Part shown: in pieces, positions 52,020-62,482 of the stretch
How the letters are laid out: each line of letters begins with the position of its first letter
How positions within the stretch are numbered: position 1 is the first letter of the stretch
Assembly: GCA_963663765.2 (NCBI GenBank)
Contig: CAXXUA010000004.1
Span: forward strand, 448,001-512,000
DNA: 64,000 nucleotides
From: Candidatus Poribacteria bacterium
Lineage (GTDB): Bacteria; Poribacteria; WGA-4E; WGA-3G
Direction of reading: 5' to 3'
Notes under the pieces: generated by a model
Told to the model about the DNA's origin: nothing
The model's input: the letters and a program-made list of their open reading frames with translations, nothing else
The model's database searches: none
Made by a program: the position numbers and the translations under genes

Positions 52020-54164
52020 GTGAAAAGTTCAACAGGAAAAGCCGTTTGTCCTTATTGTGGCGTCGGTTGTGTTATCCGCGCGAAAGTTCAAGAAAACAAG
52101 ATCACGAGGATTTCAGCAGACGACGATGTAGCACCAAATTTCGGTATGCTTTGCCCAAAAGGCGCCCATCTCAAACAAGTATTTCAAAATCACGATGGTA
52201 GACTTGCTTATCCGATGATTCGGGAGCGCAAGGGTGAAGCACCGCGTCAAGTTTCGTGGGAACAAGCCATCGCCTTTACAGCGAATCGTCTTCAGGAGAT
52301 TCGGTTAGAACACGGTAAGGATGCTCTTGCCTTATACGGGTCAGGACAATTGGACACCGAAACCTCATACACTTTCAATAAGTTATTCAAAGGATTTCTG
52401 CGAACGAATAATATCGACACGAATAGTCGACTCTGCATGTCTTCTGCAGTTGTTGGTTATAATCAAGCGTTCGGTTCAGATGGACCACCGACCTGCTATG
52501 ATGATATCCAGCATGCGGATGTATTTCTAATCATCGGGGCGAACATGGCGGCAAACCATCCTGTTCTATTTCAAATGATTAGAAAACGACGGGCATCAGA
52601 ACCCAATGTGCGAATTATCGCAGTAGACCCGCGACGTACCCAGACAGCAGAATTTTCTGATGTACATGTCCCACTTGCACCGGGAAGCGATGTCGCTTTC
52701 CTGCAACTTATTGCAAAACGTCTGCTCGCAATGGGACGTGTTGATAAACGTTTTGTCCAAAGAAATACGGAAAACTTTAGCGCTTATAAAAATCATCTTG
52801 AAAGTCTTGACGAAGAAAAACTTCTCTCTATTTGTGATGTCCATCCAGGTCGTATTGACGAAATTGTCGAATTTTTATCAAAACCGAGCAATCGTCTACT
52901 TAGTTTTTACTGTCAAGGCACAAATCAAAGCACAAGCGGGGTTGATAAAAATGTTGCACTTATCAATCTTCATCTTCAGTTAGGTGAGGTAGGAATAAAG
53001 GGTGCCGGTCCCTTCTCATTGACAGGACAACCGAATGCTATGGGTGGTAGAGAGGTTGGATATCTGTCACATCAATTACCGGGCTATCGCGTTGTTACCA
53101 ATGATATGCACCGCGCTTATCTTGAAGGGGCGTGGAGAATTCCACCCGGAAGTATTGATCCTGAACCAGGATTAACGGCTGTGCCAATGTTTGAAGCTGC
53201 CGATGCAGGGGATGTCCGTGCACTCTGGATTGTATGTACAAATCCTGCTGTAAGTATGCCCGATACAAAGGTATCTCAATCGGGACTAAAACGTGCTGAC
53301 TTTGTAATCGTGCAGGATTGTTATTATCCGACAGAAACAGCGGAATATGCTGATGTGCTACTTCCCGCTGCGCAGTGGGGTGAAAAACGTGGCACAATGA
53401 CAAATAGTGAACGTCTGGTTGTCCGAAGCGATAAATTTCTGGATCCGCCTGGAGAAGCGAGACCCGATTGGTGGATATTCTCACAAATTGCCAAGGTGAT
53501 GGGATTCAAACGTGATTTTGATTTTCACAACCACGAGGAAATTTGGGACGAATATCGTTTGTTGACCGCAGGAACACCGTGTGACCAGATAGGGATGACG
53601 AATGAACGGCTTGAAAAAACGTCACTCCGATGGCCTTGTCCTAACCCGCGACACCCTGGAACGCTTCGTCGTTATACACGCAGAAAATTTTACACACCAT
53701 CTGGAAAGGCACAATTTAAAACGCCTGTCTATCAACCACCCAATGAAATAACAGATGAAGAATTTCCATTCGGTTTGACAACTGGGCGCGTTGCGAGTCA
53801 ATGGCATACACGAACCCGTACTGGCAAAGTGCCACAATTGACACGAAAAGACCCTGAACCTTTCGTTGAAATTCATCCTGACGATGCAGCGGAAAATAAG
53901 GTTGAAGACGGAGATTGGATTTATCTTGTTGGACGACGTGGGAGATGTTATGCGCGTGCACGCGTTACAGATACTATTCGGCGCGGATTGTTGTTCACAC
54001 CGTTCCATTGGGGCGATCTTTTTCACGCGGAGACGAATGCGAATTATGTAACAAATTCGGCGTTTGATCCGGTGTCTAAGCAACCGGAGTTAAAATACTG
54101 TGCTGTGCGGATTGAAACTGCAGGACAGCACGAAGATGCCGCACCTATAACACAGATTTCCTGA
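52020..54164 (+). CDS. narB: Assimilatory nitrate reductase, molybdopterin catalytic subunit (NarB/NasA type)
   Basis: CPYCGVGC...LCPKG, NSRLCMSSA, LTGQPNAMGGRE, QWHTRTRTG, DPVSKQPELK. Confidence 0.92.
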   Translation: MKSSTGKAVCPYCGVGCVIRAKVQENKITRISADDDVAPNFGMLCPKGAHLKQVFQNHDGRLAYPMIRERKGEAPRQVSWEQAIAFTANRLQEIRLEHGKDALALYGSGQLDTETSYTFNKLFKGFLRTNNIDTNSRLCMSSAVVGYNQAFGSDGPPTCYDDIQHADVFLIIGANMAANHPVLFQMIRKRRASEPNVRIIAVDPRRTQTAEFSDVHVPLAPGSDVAFLQLIAKRLLAMGRVDKRFVQRNTENFSAYKNHLESLDEEKLLSICDVHPGRIDEIVEFLSKPSNRLLSFYCQGTNQSTSGVDKNVALINLHLQLGEVGIKGAGPFSLTGQPNAMGGREVGYLSHQLPGYRVVTNDMHRAYLEGAWRIPPGSIDPEPGLTAVPMFEAADAGDVRALWIVCTNPAVSMPDTKVSQSGLKRADFVIVQDCYYPTETAEYADVLLPAAQWGEKRGTMTNSERLVVRSDKFLDPPGEARPDWWIFSQIAKVMGFKRDFDFHNHEEIWDEYRLLTAGTPCDQIGMTNERLEKTSLRWPCPNPRHPGTLRRYTRRKFYTPSGKAQFKTPVYQPPNEITDEEFPFGLTTGRVASQWHTRTRTGKVPQLTRKDPEPFVEIHPDDAAENKVEDGDWIYLVGRRGRCYARARVTDTIRRGLLFTPFHWGDLFHAETNANYVTNSAFDPVSKQPELKYCAVRIETAGQHEDAAPITQIS

Positions 54165-54244
54165 ATCAAAAAAGAGAAGGGCAGGTAGGAATGCCTGCCC
54201 ATAACATTCACCGGACACGAACGCCGGTTTCGAAAATCTAAAAG

Positions 54245-56341
54245 TTACACTTTGGGTGGTGTAATCTCATAGTTTACACTTTTATTGCAGATAATCATGG
54301 AGTGGGCACCTTTAGCAAGTTTAGAGTATTTTGCCAAGTCTGGCAGATGGTTCATCAACTCGTAAAAGTCTTTGCTATCAAACTCAACCTGTTTCCGTTC
54401 GGATTTCCCATCATATTCGCTATCTACCCACATGCTGCCGTGGCGATGGAACGTCTTACGACCAACGTGTTTCGTGTCAGCATACTGTCTCTTGGACCGA
54501 AGGATTTTCCGTTCTTCTAATTCCCGGTTGTCTCTAATCCTCTCGTGGATAGGTATCGCTTCCGTGTAGGCATCTGAAATCCGTGAATCATCATACACTT
54601 TTCGTAGTGAACCATCGTCTGCATCAACAAATGATGTGTAAGGTGTGGGTACCCCGTATTTCTTACTAAGGCGTTTAATCTCATTATAAAGTTCGTCGCT
54701 TCCATCACCCAGTGCAGCTTGGTCCACCAGTTCCGCTATTCTACCTTGCGCCCAGAGGTGCGGCAAATAATCGTGGTCCGGTTCAAGCTTAGAGAAGTGA
54801 ACGTTTTTGGAGAATTCATACCCTCCGCTGCCGATGATCCCGCTAAGTTTGAGGACAGTGTCGCCGTGGTCTTCATAGCGTCCGAGGATTGTTAACTGCT
54901 CCTCACGGAACAGGTCTGGCAGGTTTTTTGGGGTTAATTCTTTCGTAATAATCCGTCCGAAATTAATTCCAACATCCACCAGTACTGGTTCATTCATTTT
55001 TCTGAAGAGAGAGGACACAGCATCTTCAATGTTTTCGTTTGGCGTTACATAGTTACGTGTACCACCGTTATCTGCCGCCATTTTGTCAAGTAAATGGTCA
55101 TTCACATCGTACCCAACACCAAATACGAAAATGCGAGATTGATTTTTATTTGCCTTCGCGACATTTTCAAGGATTCTCGCTGCGTTCGTTACACCCACAG
55201 TTGGTCGTCCATCCGTAAGGAATACGATGATCCTTGGACGGTTTGGATCCGGGTTCTCCGCTAACGCAGTACGAAGTGCATCATTAATGTTTGTCATACC
55301 GCGTCCTTCAATATCGTTAATGAACGCGAAGGCTTTTTCACGACCATTTATCACATCAATGAGCTTGTCGGACAAAACTGTGGAGTCGGGCCAACGTTCG
55401 CCACCAAACCATTCTTCGCCTCTGTTCAACCTATCAGTTAAGGAAGTCATATCTTCGTTGAACAGGATAAGATTGAACCGATCACCTTCGTTCAGATTCT
55501 GGACACAATAGCGGAGTGCTTCTTTCACTTGTGTGACTTTTCGACCCGCCATGCTGCCAGAATGGTCTAAGACGAAGATGAAATCCTTCTCAACAATTTC
55601 TGTCTGTTTCACCTCGTACTTAGGCGAAACGAGCAGCATAAAGATTCCATCTTCTTTCTCATCGGTGCGATGGGTGAGTAAGGTAATCCCAAAATTTTCG
55701 TCCGAAACCGAATAATAACAGAGAAAATCGTCGTCTGGATCTACATCCGTGGCTTCATAACTGACCCGTACGTGGTGATCGTCCTTGCGGTCGATGGTGA
55801 CCTCGTGTGAGGGTGAATGCATCATCCTGAGCGCGTCATCACTTTTAATCTCCATTTCAATATGGAGATTTCCGATCGGGGCAGATGCCGATTTCGCGAG
55901 CGATAAAGGATAGGTATATTTTGCATGATCGCTATCCATGGAAATAATCTGAGAATATTCAAATTGAACACGTCGTTCACCGTATGCTGGAATTCCAGGT
56001 ACCTTTGCTACAAACGCCTGCATTCCGATATGCTCCAGAATAGCCTTGTTATCACCGTAGCGGGCACTGTCCCAATAAATCCGGTGGGATTCTTCTTGAG
56101 AGAGGAGTTTTCCGCTTACCAATTCTCCATCAATGGAGAGTGCAAGTTTTGAGATGACTGCATCATCTGGCACAGGGAAGATATACATACCGTTTACTTC
56201 ACAGCTGTTCGGATTGACGAAAACCTGGTCTATCTTCGTTGTCGTGAGTTGGTTTTTAATGCCGATCTTGATGAGGTGGCGATCAATTTTTAAGGGGATC
56301 GCACGACCCCCTGCATGTTGAAGAGAAACTATAGTTAACAT
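54245..56341 (-). CDS. VIT (vault/inter-alpha-trypsin) and vWA domain protein
   Basis: QVFVNPN...YIFPVP VIT segment; MIDAS DHSGSM, FLTDG, FGVG. Confidence 0.88.
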   Translation of the reverse strand: MLTIVSLQHAGGRAIPLKIDRHLIKIGIKNQLTTTKIDQVFVNPNSCEVNGMYIFPVPDDAVISKLALSIDGELVSGKLLSQEESHRIYWDSARYGDNKAILEHIGMQAFVAKVPGIPAYGERRVQFEYSQIISMDSDHAKYTYPLSLAKSASAPIGNLHIEMEIKSDDALRMMHSPSHEVTIDRKDDHHVRVSYEATDVDPDDDFLCYYSVSDENFGITLLTHRTDEKEDGIFMLLVSPKYEVKQTEIVEKDFIFVLDHSGSMAGRKVTQVKEALRYCVQNLNEGDRFNLILFNEDMTSLTDRLNRGEEWFGGERWPDSTVLSDKLIDVINGREKAFAFINDIEGRGMTNINDALRTALAENPDPNRPRIIVFLTDGRPTVGVTNAARILENVAKANKNQSRIFVFGVGYDVNDHLLDKMAADNGGTRNYVTPNENIEDAVSSLFRKMNEPVLVDVGINFGRIITKELTPKNLPDLFREEQLTILGRYEDHGDTVLKLSGIIGSGGYEFSKNVHFSKLEPDHDYLPHLWAQGRIAELVDQAALGDGSDELYNEIKRLSKKYGVPTPYTSFVDADDGSLRKVYDDSRISDAYTEAIPIHERIRDNRELEERKILRSKRQYADTKHVGRKTFHRHGSMWVDSEYDGKSERKQVEFDSKDFYELMNHLPDLAKYSKLAKGAHSMIICNKSVNYEITPPKV

Positions 56342-56502
56342 TGTTCGCTCCTTTTGTTTATCATTAAATCTATTATTATAGTATATATACATATAATATA
56401 TTACTATATGTAGTATACTACATGACGTGTTTGAAAGTCAAATCTATTTTTTAATGTGTAAATATTTTAGTCGTTGTAGTTGGATCATGATCGCCTATAA
56501 TC

Positions 56503-56763
56503 TCAATAGTAGCTTGATTTTTCAGTCAAAAGTTGTTCGATGGTGGTACCAAAAACTTTGGCTATCAGGTAGCATCTCCAAACCGAAGGTGAATCTTTTC
56601 CTTTCTCAAAACGGGAAACCATCATTTGCGATGTACCGATCTCCTTAGCAAGTTCGGCTTGGGTCATCTTTCGGATAACGCGTTCCCTTCGGATGTTTTC
56701 GCCGAGCGTTTCTCGAATGTGTTGCGGAATGCCGGATCTACCTTTTCTCATGAGATTCTCCAA
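56503..56763 (-). CDS. XRE-family HTH regulator, copy 1
   Basis: MTQAELAKEIGTSQMMVSRFEKG; differs from copy 2 at two residues. Confidence 0.85.
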   Translation of the reverse strand: MENLMRKGRSGIPQHIRETLGENIRRERVIRKMTQAELAKEIGTSQMMVSRFEKGKDSPSVWRCYLIAKVFGTTIEQLLTEKSSYY

Positions 56764-56845
56764 TATTGATCTATATAATAAATTATTTGTAAAACTAATA
56801 ATTTATTATACTGTATTTCCTGCCTTAAGTCAATTTATTTTATTG

Positions 56846-57457
56846 TTAATCGGATGGAAGTCTGTCTGTGACCGGTTCTTGCACCATAGGAATAACGTAA
56901 CTCCGAATCATCAACCCATCTATCGTCTCTGTCTCTGTGCGCGGTTCTGGCGGCTCGCGATGATCGAATACTACGTAGTAACCCGCCGCTACACATTCTG
57001 TTGATAGATACGCGGAGAGTTGTTTCTTCCCTACGGCATAGTGCCGGGCACTTCGCCATATCTTTGTTTCAATGACATATTTTCTCTGATTGTGAAAAAT
57101 AATCAGATCCATTCTGCCGCGCCCTGTTGGAACTTCCATATACATTACCCCGTTCACGCTGGTAACGAACTAGCCCAGATAAGCAAAGAGCAAGTGCTGT
57201 CCGATGAATTCTTGAGGGGTTTCGGGGACTTGTAGAATCCTGAATCCAACGCGGGCAATAAAGTCTCGGAAGTTATCCAAAAGCCGCTCCATCTGTATCT
57301 GTCCGAAGTCGGTTAGGTACTCAAACCTATCGGTATCTTCGGGGAAGTAGTCACGCTCCAATCCGTTGACTAATGGTTTGAATGCTTGGATAATACGGTA
57401 TAGGTAAATCGGGTTGACAATCTCACACTTTCTGTCAACCCCTTTCGTGATGACCCC
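56846..57457 (-). pseudogene. C-terminal fragment of an AAA-ATPase/PD-(D/E)XK (GxxExxY-like) protein, copy 1
   Basis: EVPTGRGRMD..IETK; in-frame TAG at 57170-57172 where copy 2 has CAG; 5' part removed at the ISAs1 boundary. Confidence 0.7.
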
Positions 57458-58793
57458 CAGAGGCATTCAATTGTCGATGTTTGCTCCTAAGAGTGCAAGT
57501 GCTTCTTTAGGTCTTGCTGCAAAATAGCGGAACGCATAAGCTATTTTAGTGTTTTGCGAAGTGCGCAACAGAGTAAGGGTCGCATTCCGTAATGCACACA
57601 TCACTTGAGGTATGTTGCCATCCCGCACTTGAGACGCATCCTCATCAAATAACACATCCCGCGTGCGATGCGACAGGTTCTCTATCGCCCAATGTCCACG
57701 ACGGATCATCAAAATCCGTTCTGCTGAGCCACACTCGGGTGTCAAACTTGTTATGCCATATTGTGTCATACTGGTCTTTTTCCCGGATCGGGTATGTTCT
57801 CGTTCTGTCTTGTATTGATACACTTGTGCAAGCCCCGGCCACTCTTCATAACCTGAATCTATCATGATTGTACTGACAAGATTGTGCTGGTCGTCATCGT
57901 GCGCTGTTGGATCCAGCCATTTTCTTTTTCAATAGTGCTGCACGTATCTGTATGTGCGCCGATATCCTTATGTAAGCATTCATAAGTGTTTTCGTGAGGG
58001 GACAAGATGCCAGGTTCAAAGACGGTGCGAATACCTTCTAAAAGTTTAGGTTGGTTCTCTTTGACAGGCATGACATAATCCGCATCCGCATCACATAAAT
58101 CTTGACAGAACTTGCGTTGTGTCAGAAGCGCATCTGTTGTCACCACCTTTCCTGCGACATCAAACGCTTCAAGGATGCGTGAAGCAATAGGGATTTCATT
58201 AGTTTTGTCAGACACGGGACGCTGTGTGAGGGTTATGCCGAGTTGATGCGTTACAACAGATAATAGGTGTGTGATTTGAGCATCTTGAGTGAGACTTCCA
58301 CATAAGATTTTGCCATCTATGGCGACTGCGTCCTTATCTTCTGTGTCAATAGTATCGAACACATCAGCTGCCAACTCGCTGAGTGTTTTTTCTAAAGCAC
58401 TGATGTCTAACTTTTTGAAACAATAATGGAGTGTTGAGGCACAGGGTGTCTTCTGATGGGTGAACCCAAGGGCTACAGCGAGTTCGGGCGGATAAGTGCG
58501 CCCCCATTCAGCGATGGCACTATAACTATGATATCCACACATCATAGCGACCACAGAAAGACCTAAAATAGCGGGTAGCGGATGTCGTTTTCCTCGTGGG
58601 TTGCGTTTATCAGGAACTTCTGCTAACATATCAAGTAGATGGCGAGATTCTTTTTTCGTCATTTTTACCTCCAAAGCATAAATGCTTATATATATTTTGA
58701 GGTAAAGTATATCAGAAATAGCGTGAGAAGTCACGCTATTTCTGATATATACAGACATACGCCCAAACTAATATCGACAATTGAATGCCTCTG
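57458..58793 (-). mobile_element. ISAs1-family insertion sequence, frameshifted transposase (58662-57467)
   Basis: 21-bp perfect TIR CAGAGGCATTCAATTGTCGAT; motifs AIDGK, KTNEI, TTDALLTQ, VKENQ, RGHWAIEN, FDED; frameshift at about 57865; no TSD. Confidence 0.9.
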
Positions 58794-59144
58794 GATTCCA
58801 GACACTTCTGCAACAAACGCACGTGTCCTGATATGTTCAAGGATTGCTGTATTATTACTCAAACGAGCACTTAATCTATAAATCTCATGCGATTCCTCAT
58901 GAGAATACAATTTACCTTCTACCGGCTTTCCATCAATAGAAAGTGTAAAGTTAGAATGCTCTGTATCGTCTGGGACAGGGAAGATATAAGCACCTTCTAT
59001 TGTAAAAATGTTCGGATTGATAAAAACTTGGTTAATTTTTGTAGTTGTCAGTTGATTATTGACTGTGATATTGATATGGTACCGATCAATTTTAAACCGG
59101 ATTGCGCGACCATTGCTCTGTTCAATGTTTAATATAGTCAGCAT
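58794..59144 (-). pseudogene. Truncated VIT-domain paralog of 54245-56341
   Basis: MLTILNIEQSNGRAIRFKIDRY aligns with MLTIVSLQHAGGRAIPLKIDRH; cut at the IS TIR. Confidence 0.8.
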
Positions 59145-59875
59145 GTTTTTCTCCTTTCTGTAGCGGCATTGATAAAGGCTTCAAATAATTTTATTGCATG
59201 TTTAAGAAACCCTCCATTAGGGTACGGAGAGGTATATTTATTTCCCATTCGTTCAGGATGGTATTGTACAGCAATAACAAACGGCTTTGCTGGATATTCT
59301 ATTGCTTCAATGATTCCATCTTCTGATTGAGCAGTTACAATAAGACCTTCGCCGATAGTTTTCACAGCTTGATGATGGGCTGAATTGACTTCTGTGAAGC
59401 TATCATCAGTAAATTGGTTAAGCAGGCTACCTGGTTGAATCTTAATATTATGCCAAGCATCATATTTACTTTGCTCATCTTTATGAAGTAAACAGTTATT
59501 AAGTTGCGTGTGAATATCTTGGTAGAGGCTGCCACCCGTTGCAACATTCAGTATCTGAATCCCGCGGCATATACCAAAGACAGGTATATCGACTTCTAAT
59601 GCCTTCAGACATAATTGTAACTCTGATGTATCGCGCGACCTGCTAACGCCTTTGATCTTGCTAATACCCTTAACATGGTACCGAGATTCATTATAACGGC
59701 GCGGATCAATATCACCTCCGCCAGGAAGTAAAAGTCCATCAAGATCAGCAACAATTTTTTCTGCAGCTCTATTGTCACGGATAAATAATTCTTTAACTCT
59801 TCCTCCATGTTTCTCAATCGCATATACATAATTTTCAGAGTTATAGCATTCTGTAATTCCAATTATGGGTTCCAT
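59138..59875 (-). CDS. Peptidase C26 / gamma-glutamyl-GABA hydrolase (PuuD-like) family
   Basis: LLLPGGGDIDP, GICRG, VNSAHHQ, VQYHPE. Confidence 0.9.
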   Translation of the reverse strand: MEPIIGITECYNSENYVYAIEKHGGRVKELFIRDNRAAEKIVADLDGLLLPGGGDIDPRRYNESRYHVKGISKIKGVSRSRDTSELQLCLKALEVDIPVFGICRGIQILNVATGGSLYQDIHTQLNNCLLHKDEQSKYDAWHNIKIQPGSLLNQFTDDSFTEVNSAHHQAVKTIGEGLIVTAQSEDGIIEAIEYPAKPFVIAVQYHPERMGNKYTSPYPNGGFLKHAIKLFEAFINAATERRKTC

Positions 59876-59925
59876 TTTGATTTTCTCCTTTTTATAGTTT
59901 TGAACAATTAGTTACTAAAAGTTCT

Positions 59926-60216
59926 TTATTTTAGCAGTGTTGCGCGGTTAATCATTCTTTGTAGATATGGTATGATTCGGTCATTCGTGGTTTCTTGATT
60001 AGATACTGGACAAATATGGATAAGTGTTTCACCATCTACTAAGTAAAAATCTTGAGCCACCAATACAATATTGCCATTCCTAAATCCAACAGCTTCGTCA
60101 AAAATGACAATTTTCCAGTTTTCATGCGTTGGATCATCCTCGTAGAGATTGCGATATTGGATGAGGTTTATAGAGATATTTCGGTCACGGAGAACTGAGA
60201 CATTTAGGTTTTTCAT
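59926..60216 (-). CDS. Hypothetical protein
   Basis: AGGAGG RBS, co-oriented with the PuuD-like gene. Confidence 0.55.
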   Translation of the reverse strand: MKNLNVSVLRDRNISINLIQYRNLYEDDPTHENWKIVIFDEAVGFRNGNIVLVAQDFYLVDGETLIHICPVSNQETTNDRIIPYLQRMINRATLLK

Positions 60217-60229
60217 TTTAGATGTCCTC

Positions 60230-60478
60230 CTTCGGCGTGCTATGTTATAGAAAATGGACTATCCGCATTCTTGCACTCCAGCGGTGTGCTATGTGCGGTT
60301 CCCACGTCCCCGCTCCGCTGGAGCGGGGACGTGGACTGACAATGTGACTATAACCATATTGCTCCGCTGGAGCAAAGAAAATTTCTGTTTTGGTCGTTGT
60401 GTCTTGATTTGGTAACATAAACGGTGAACCAATTTCTTATCAACACATGTTTGAAAAAAAATTGTCCAAACTATGGTT
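60230..60478. repeat. Inverted partial copy of the 8263-8582 MITE
   Basis: AATTGTCCAAACTAT end and shared internal sequence. Confidence 0.7.
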
Positions 60479-60639
60479 ATATTTATCATTTAAAATTATA
60501 TTATAATACATAATATAATAATATATTACTATAAGTAGTGTACTGCCTAAAACTTTTAAAGTCAAATTTATTTTTGAATGTGTAAATATTTTAGACCTCT
60601 CAGCCGGACAGGGTGTAGACTTCTGATAAAAAATGTGGC

Positions 60640-61461
60640 TTATTTGTAATCAATCCGAAGCATCTTTTCAATCACTTCAAGGATATCCGGAGCATCGGTG
60701 AGATATCGATTTTTTGTTTGTTCAATGAGATCGCTAGGAATGCCGTGCAACGCTTCAGCAACAGGCCCAGCGATAGCAGCGAGTGTGTCGGAATCACCAC
60801 CAAGAGAGATAGCATTTCGCACTGCATCTTCGTAACTCACTGACTCCAGGGCACATGTTATTGCTTGTGGAACAGACCCCATGCAGGTCACGGGTCCAGG
60901 GAATCCGGGCGTAAATACTAGCGGGTACTCTGGTGGGTAATCGGAACGGATTTCGTCTACTGTCTGTGTCAAGTCATAACCGTATTCAGTAGCGATAATT
61001 TGGCGAATGTCTGCAGAGTTTTTGCCATGAAACGCGAGCCAGATAGTGTGTGTCGTTGCCCGCGCGCCTTTCATGCCTTCTGCGTGGTTGTGTGTGATCT
61101 CGGTGACCTTATCGGAAGCGGAGAGAGCAGCTTCCAGATCGTCACGGTTCAGGAACGCCGCTGGAGAAACACGCATCGCTGCACCGTTGCCGTAACTGTT
61201 GTAAGGCTCAGGTACATCGGAATCTCTCCATTTCCGAAACATTCCACCGTAGCCTCGACCATGATAGCGACGGCACCACGCCTGCATCGTCTCTGCTGGC
61301 GGAAGGTCATGCAGCAGAATATCCGCGACTGCGATTGTGCAGACAGTATCATCTGTGAAACGGCAATATTTACCGAAAAACGGAACATCCTTTGTCTTAA
61401 TTCGGTATCGTTTGTGTTCATACATGGAACCAGCAATGTCGCCTATGATTGCACCTAACAT
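60640..61461 (-). CDS. ADP-ribosylglycohydrolase family protein
   Basis: GAIIGD, FTDDT, SYGNGAAMR, GGDSDT. Confidence 0.92.
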   Translation of the reverse strand: MLGAIIGDIAGSMYEHKRYRIKTKDVPFFGKYCRFTDDTVCTIAVADILLHDLPPAETMQAWCRRYHGRGYGGMFRKWRDSDVPEPYNSYGNGAAMRVSPAAFLNRDDLEAALSASDKVTEITHNHAEGMKGARATTHTIWLAFHGKNSADIRQIIATEYGYDLTQTVDEIRSDYPPEYPLVFTPGFPGPVTCMGSVPQAITCALESVSYEDAVRNAISLGGDSDTLAAIAGPVAEALHGIPSDLIEQTKNRYLTDAPDILEVIEKMLRIDYK

Positions 61462-61493
61462 GTTTGCTCCTTTTTCAGGGTGGTTCTAAAACT

Positions 61494-61972
61494 CTACACG
61501 TCTGCTGACGCACTCGTAGGATCGCAAGCACCGCTAAACTTAAGACTTTGTACCCCTATATCCACATAAGCACTAAAGTGTGTATCGTCATGATTTTCAG
61601 CAACATCAATTTGCGTGGATCCATATCCGATCTTTTCGAGAAAAAGAAAAATAATAATTTTCAACGCCTCGGGTGTGATAATCGTAGCACGCTTTAATCG
61701 GACTAACTTTTTTTCCCTTACTAAGGCTTGGATCTCATGATTTACTTGTTCTCCCCAGAGATTTACACTTGCATTTCTTCTGTTTTTGAGCTCTTTTGCT
61801 CACCTGATAAACAAAACTGATCTGCTAATTGGTTCTTGGCCTCTATATTTGAAATGGCACCGTTTGAATAGTCAAGATTAAGCAAGGCCTGTCTAATAAC
61901 ATTAAGGGTTGGAAGCTTGATTGTAGTTGTATTGCCAACTTCGTCAAAACCATCTATTTCGCGCAACTCCAT
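61494..61972 (-). pseudogene. Frameshifted hypothetical gene, Mrr N-terminal winged-helix-like
   Basis: LPT..IRQALL...LADQFCLS; a second frame continues NLWGEQVNHEIQALV..KLVR to TAG 61494. Family call is tentative. Confidence 0.4.
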
Positions 61973-62143
61973 GATAAAAACCTCCCGATATATTTCAAAA
62001 CTATATGTGCTAAAATACTTATTTAGTATCTATAGTAATAATTATACATTAAAAAGAAATAAATTGCAAATATTTCTTTAAAACCGTTGAGATACCAATA
62101 CCTACAAGTACTCGTTGTAGTTGGATCATGATCGCCTATAATC

Positions 62144-62404
62144 TCAATAGTAGCTTGATTTTTCAGTCAAAAGTTGTTCGATGGTAGTACCAAAAACTTT
62201 GGCTATCAGGTAGCATCTCCAAACTGAAGGTGAATCTTTTCCTTTCTCAAAACGGGAAACCATCATTTGCGATGTACCGATCTCCTTTGCAAGTTCGGCT
62301 TGGGTCATCTTTCGGATAACGCGTTCCCTTCGGATGTTTTCGCCGAGTGATTCTCGGATGTGTTGCGGAATGCTGGATCTGCCTTTTCTCATGAGATTCT
62401 CCAA
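62144..62404 (-). CDS. XRE-family HTH regulator, copy 2
   Basis: Near-identical to 56503-56763. Confidence 0.85.
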   Translation of the reverse strand: MENLMRKGRSSIPQHIRESLGENIRRERVIRKMTQAELAKEIGTSQMMVSRFEKGKDSPSVWRCYLIAKVFGTTIEQLLTEKSSYY

Positions 62405-62482
62405 TATCGATCTATATAATAATTTATTAGCAAATATAATAATTTATTATATCATATTTACTGCCTTAAGTCAATTTTTTTG

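Noticed and set aside
57170-57172. In-frame TAG read-through in the AAA/nuclease fragment
   Set aside because: The duplicate copy has CAG at this codon and the gene is already truncated by an IS.
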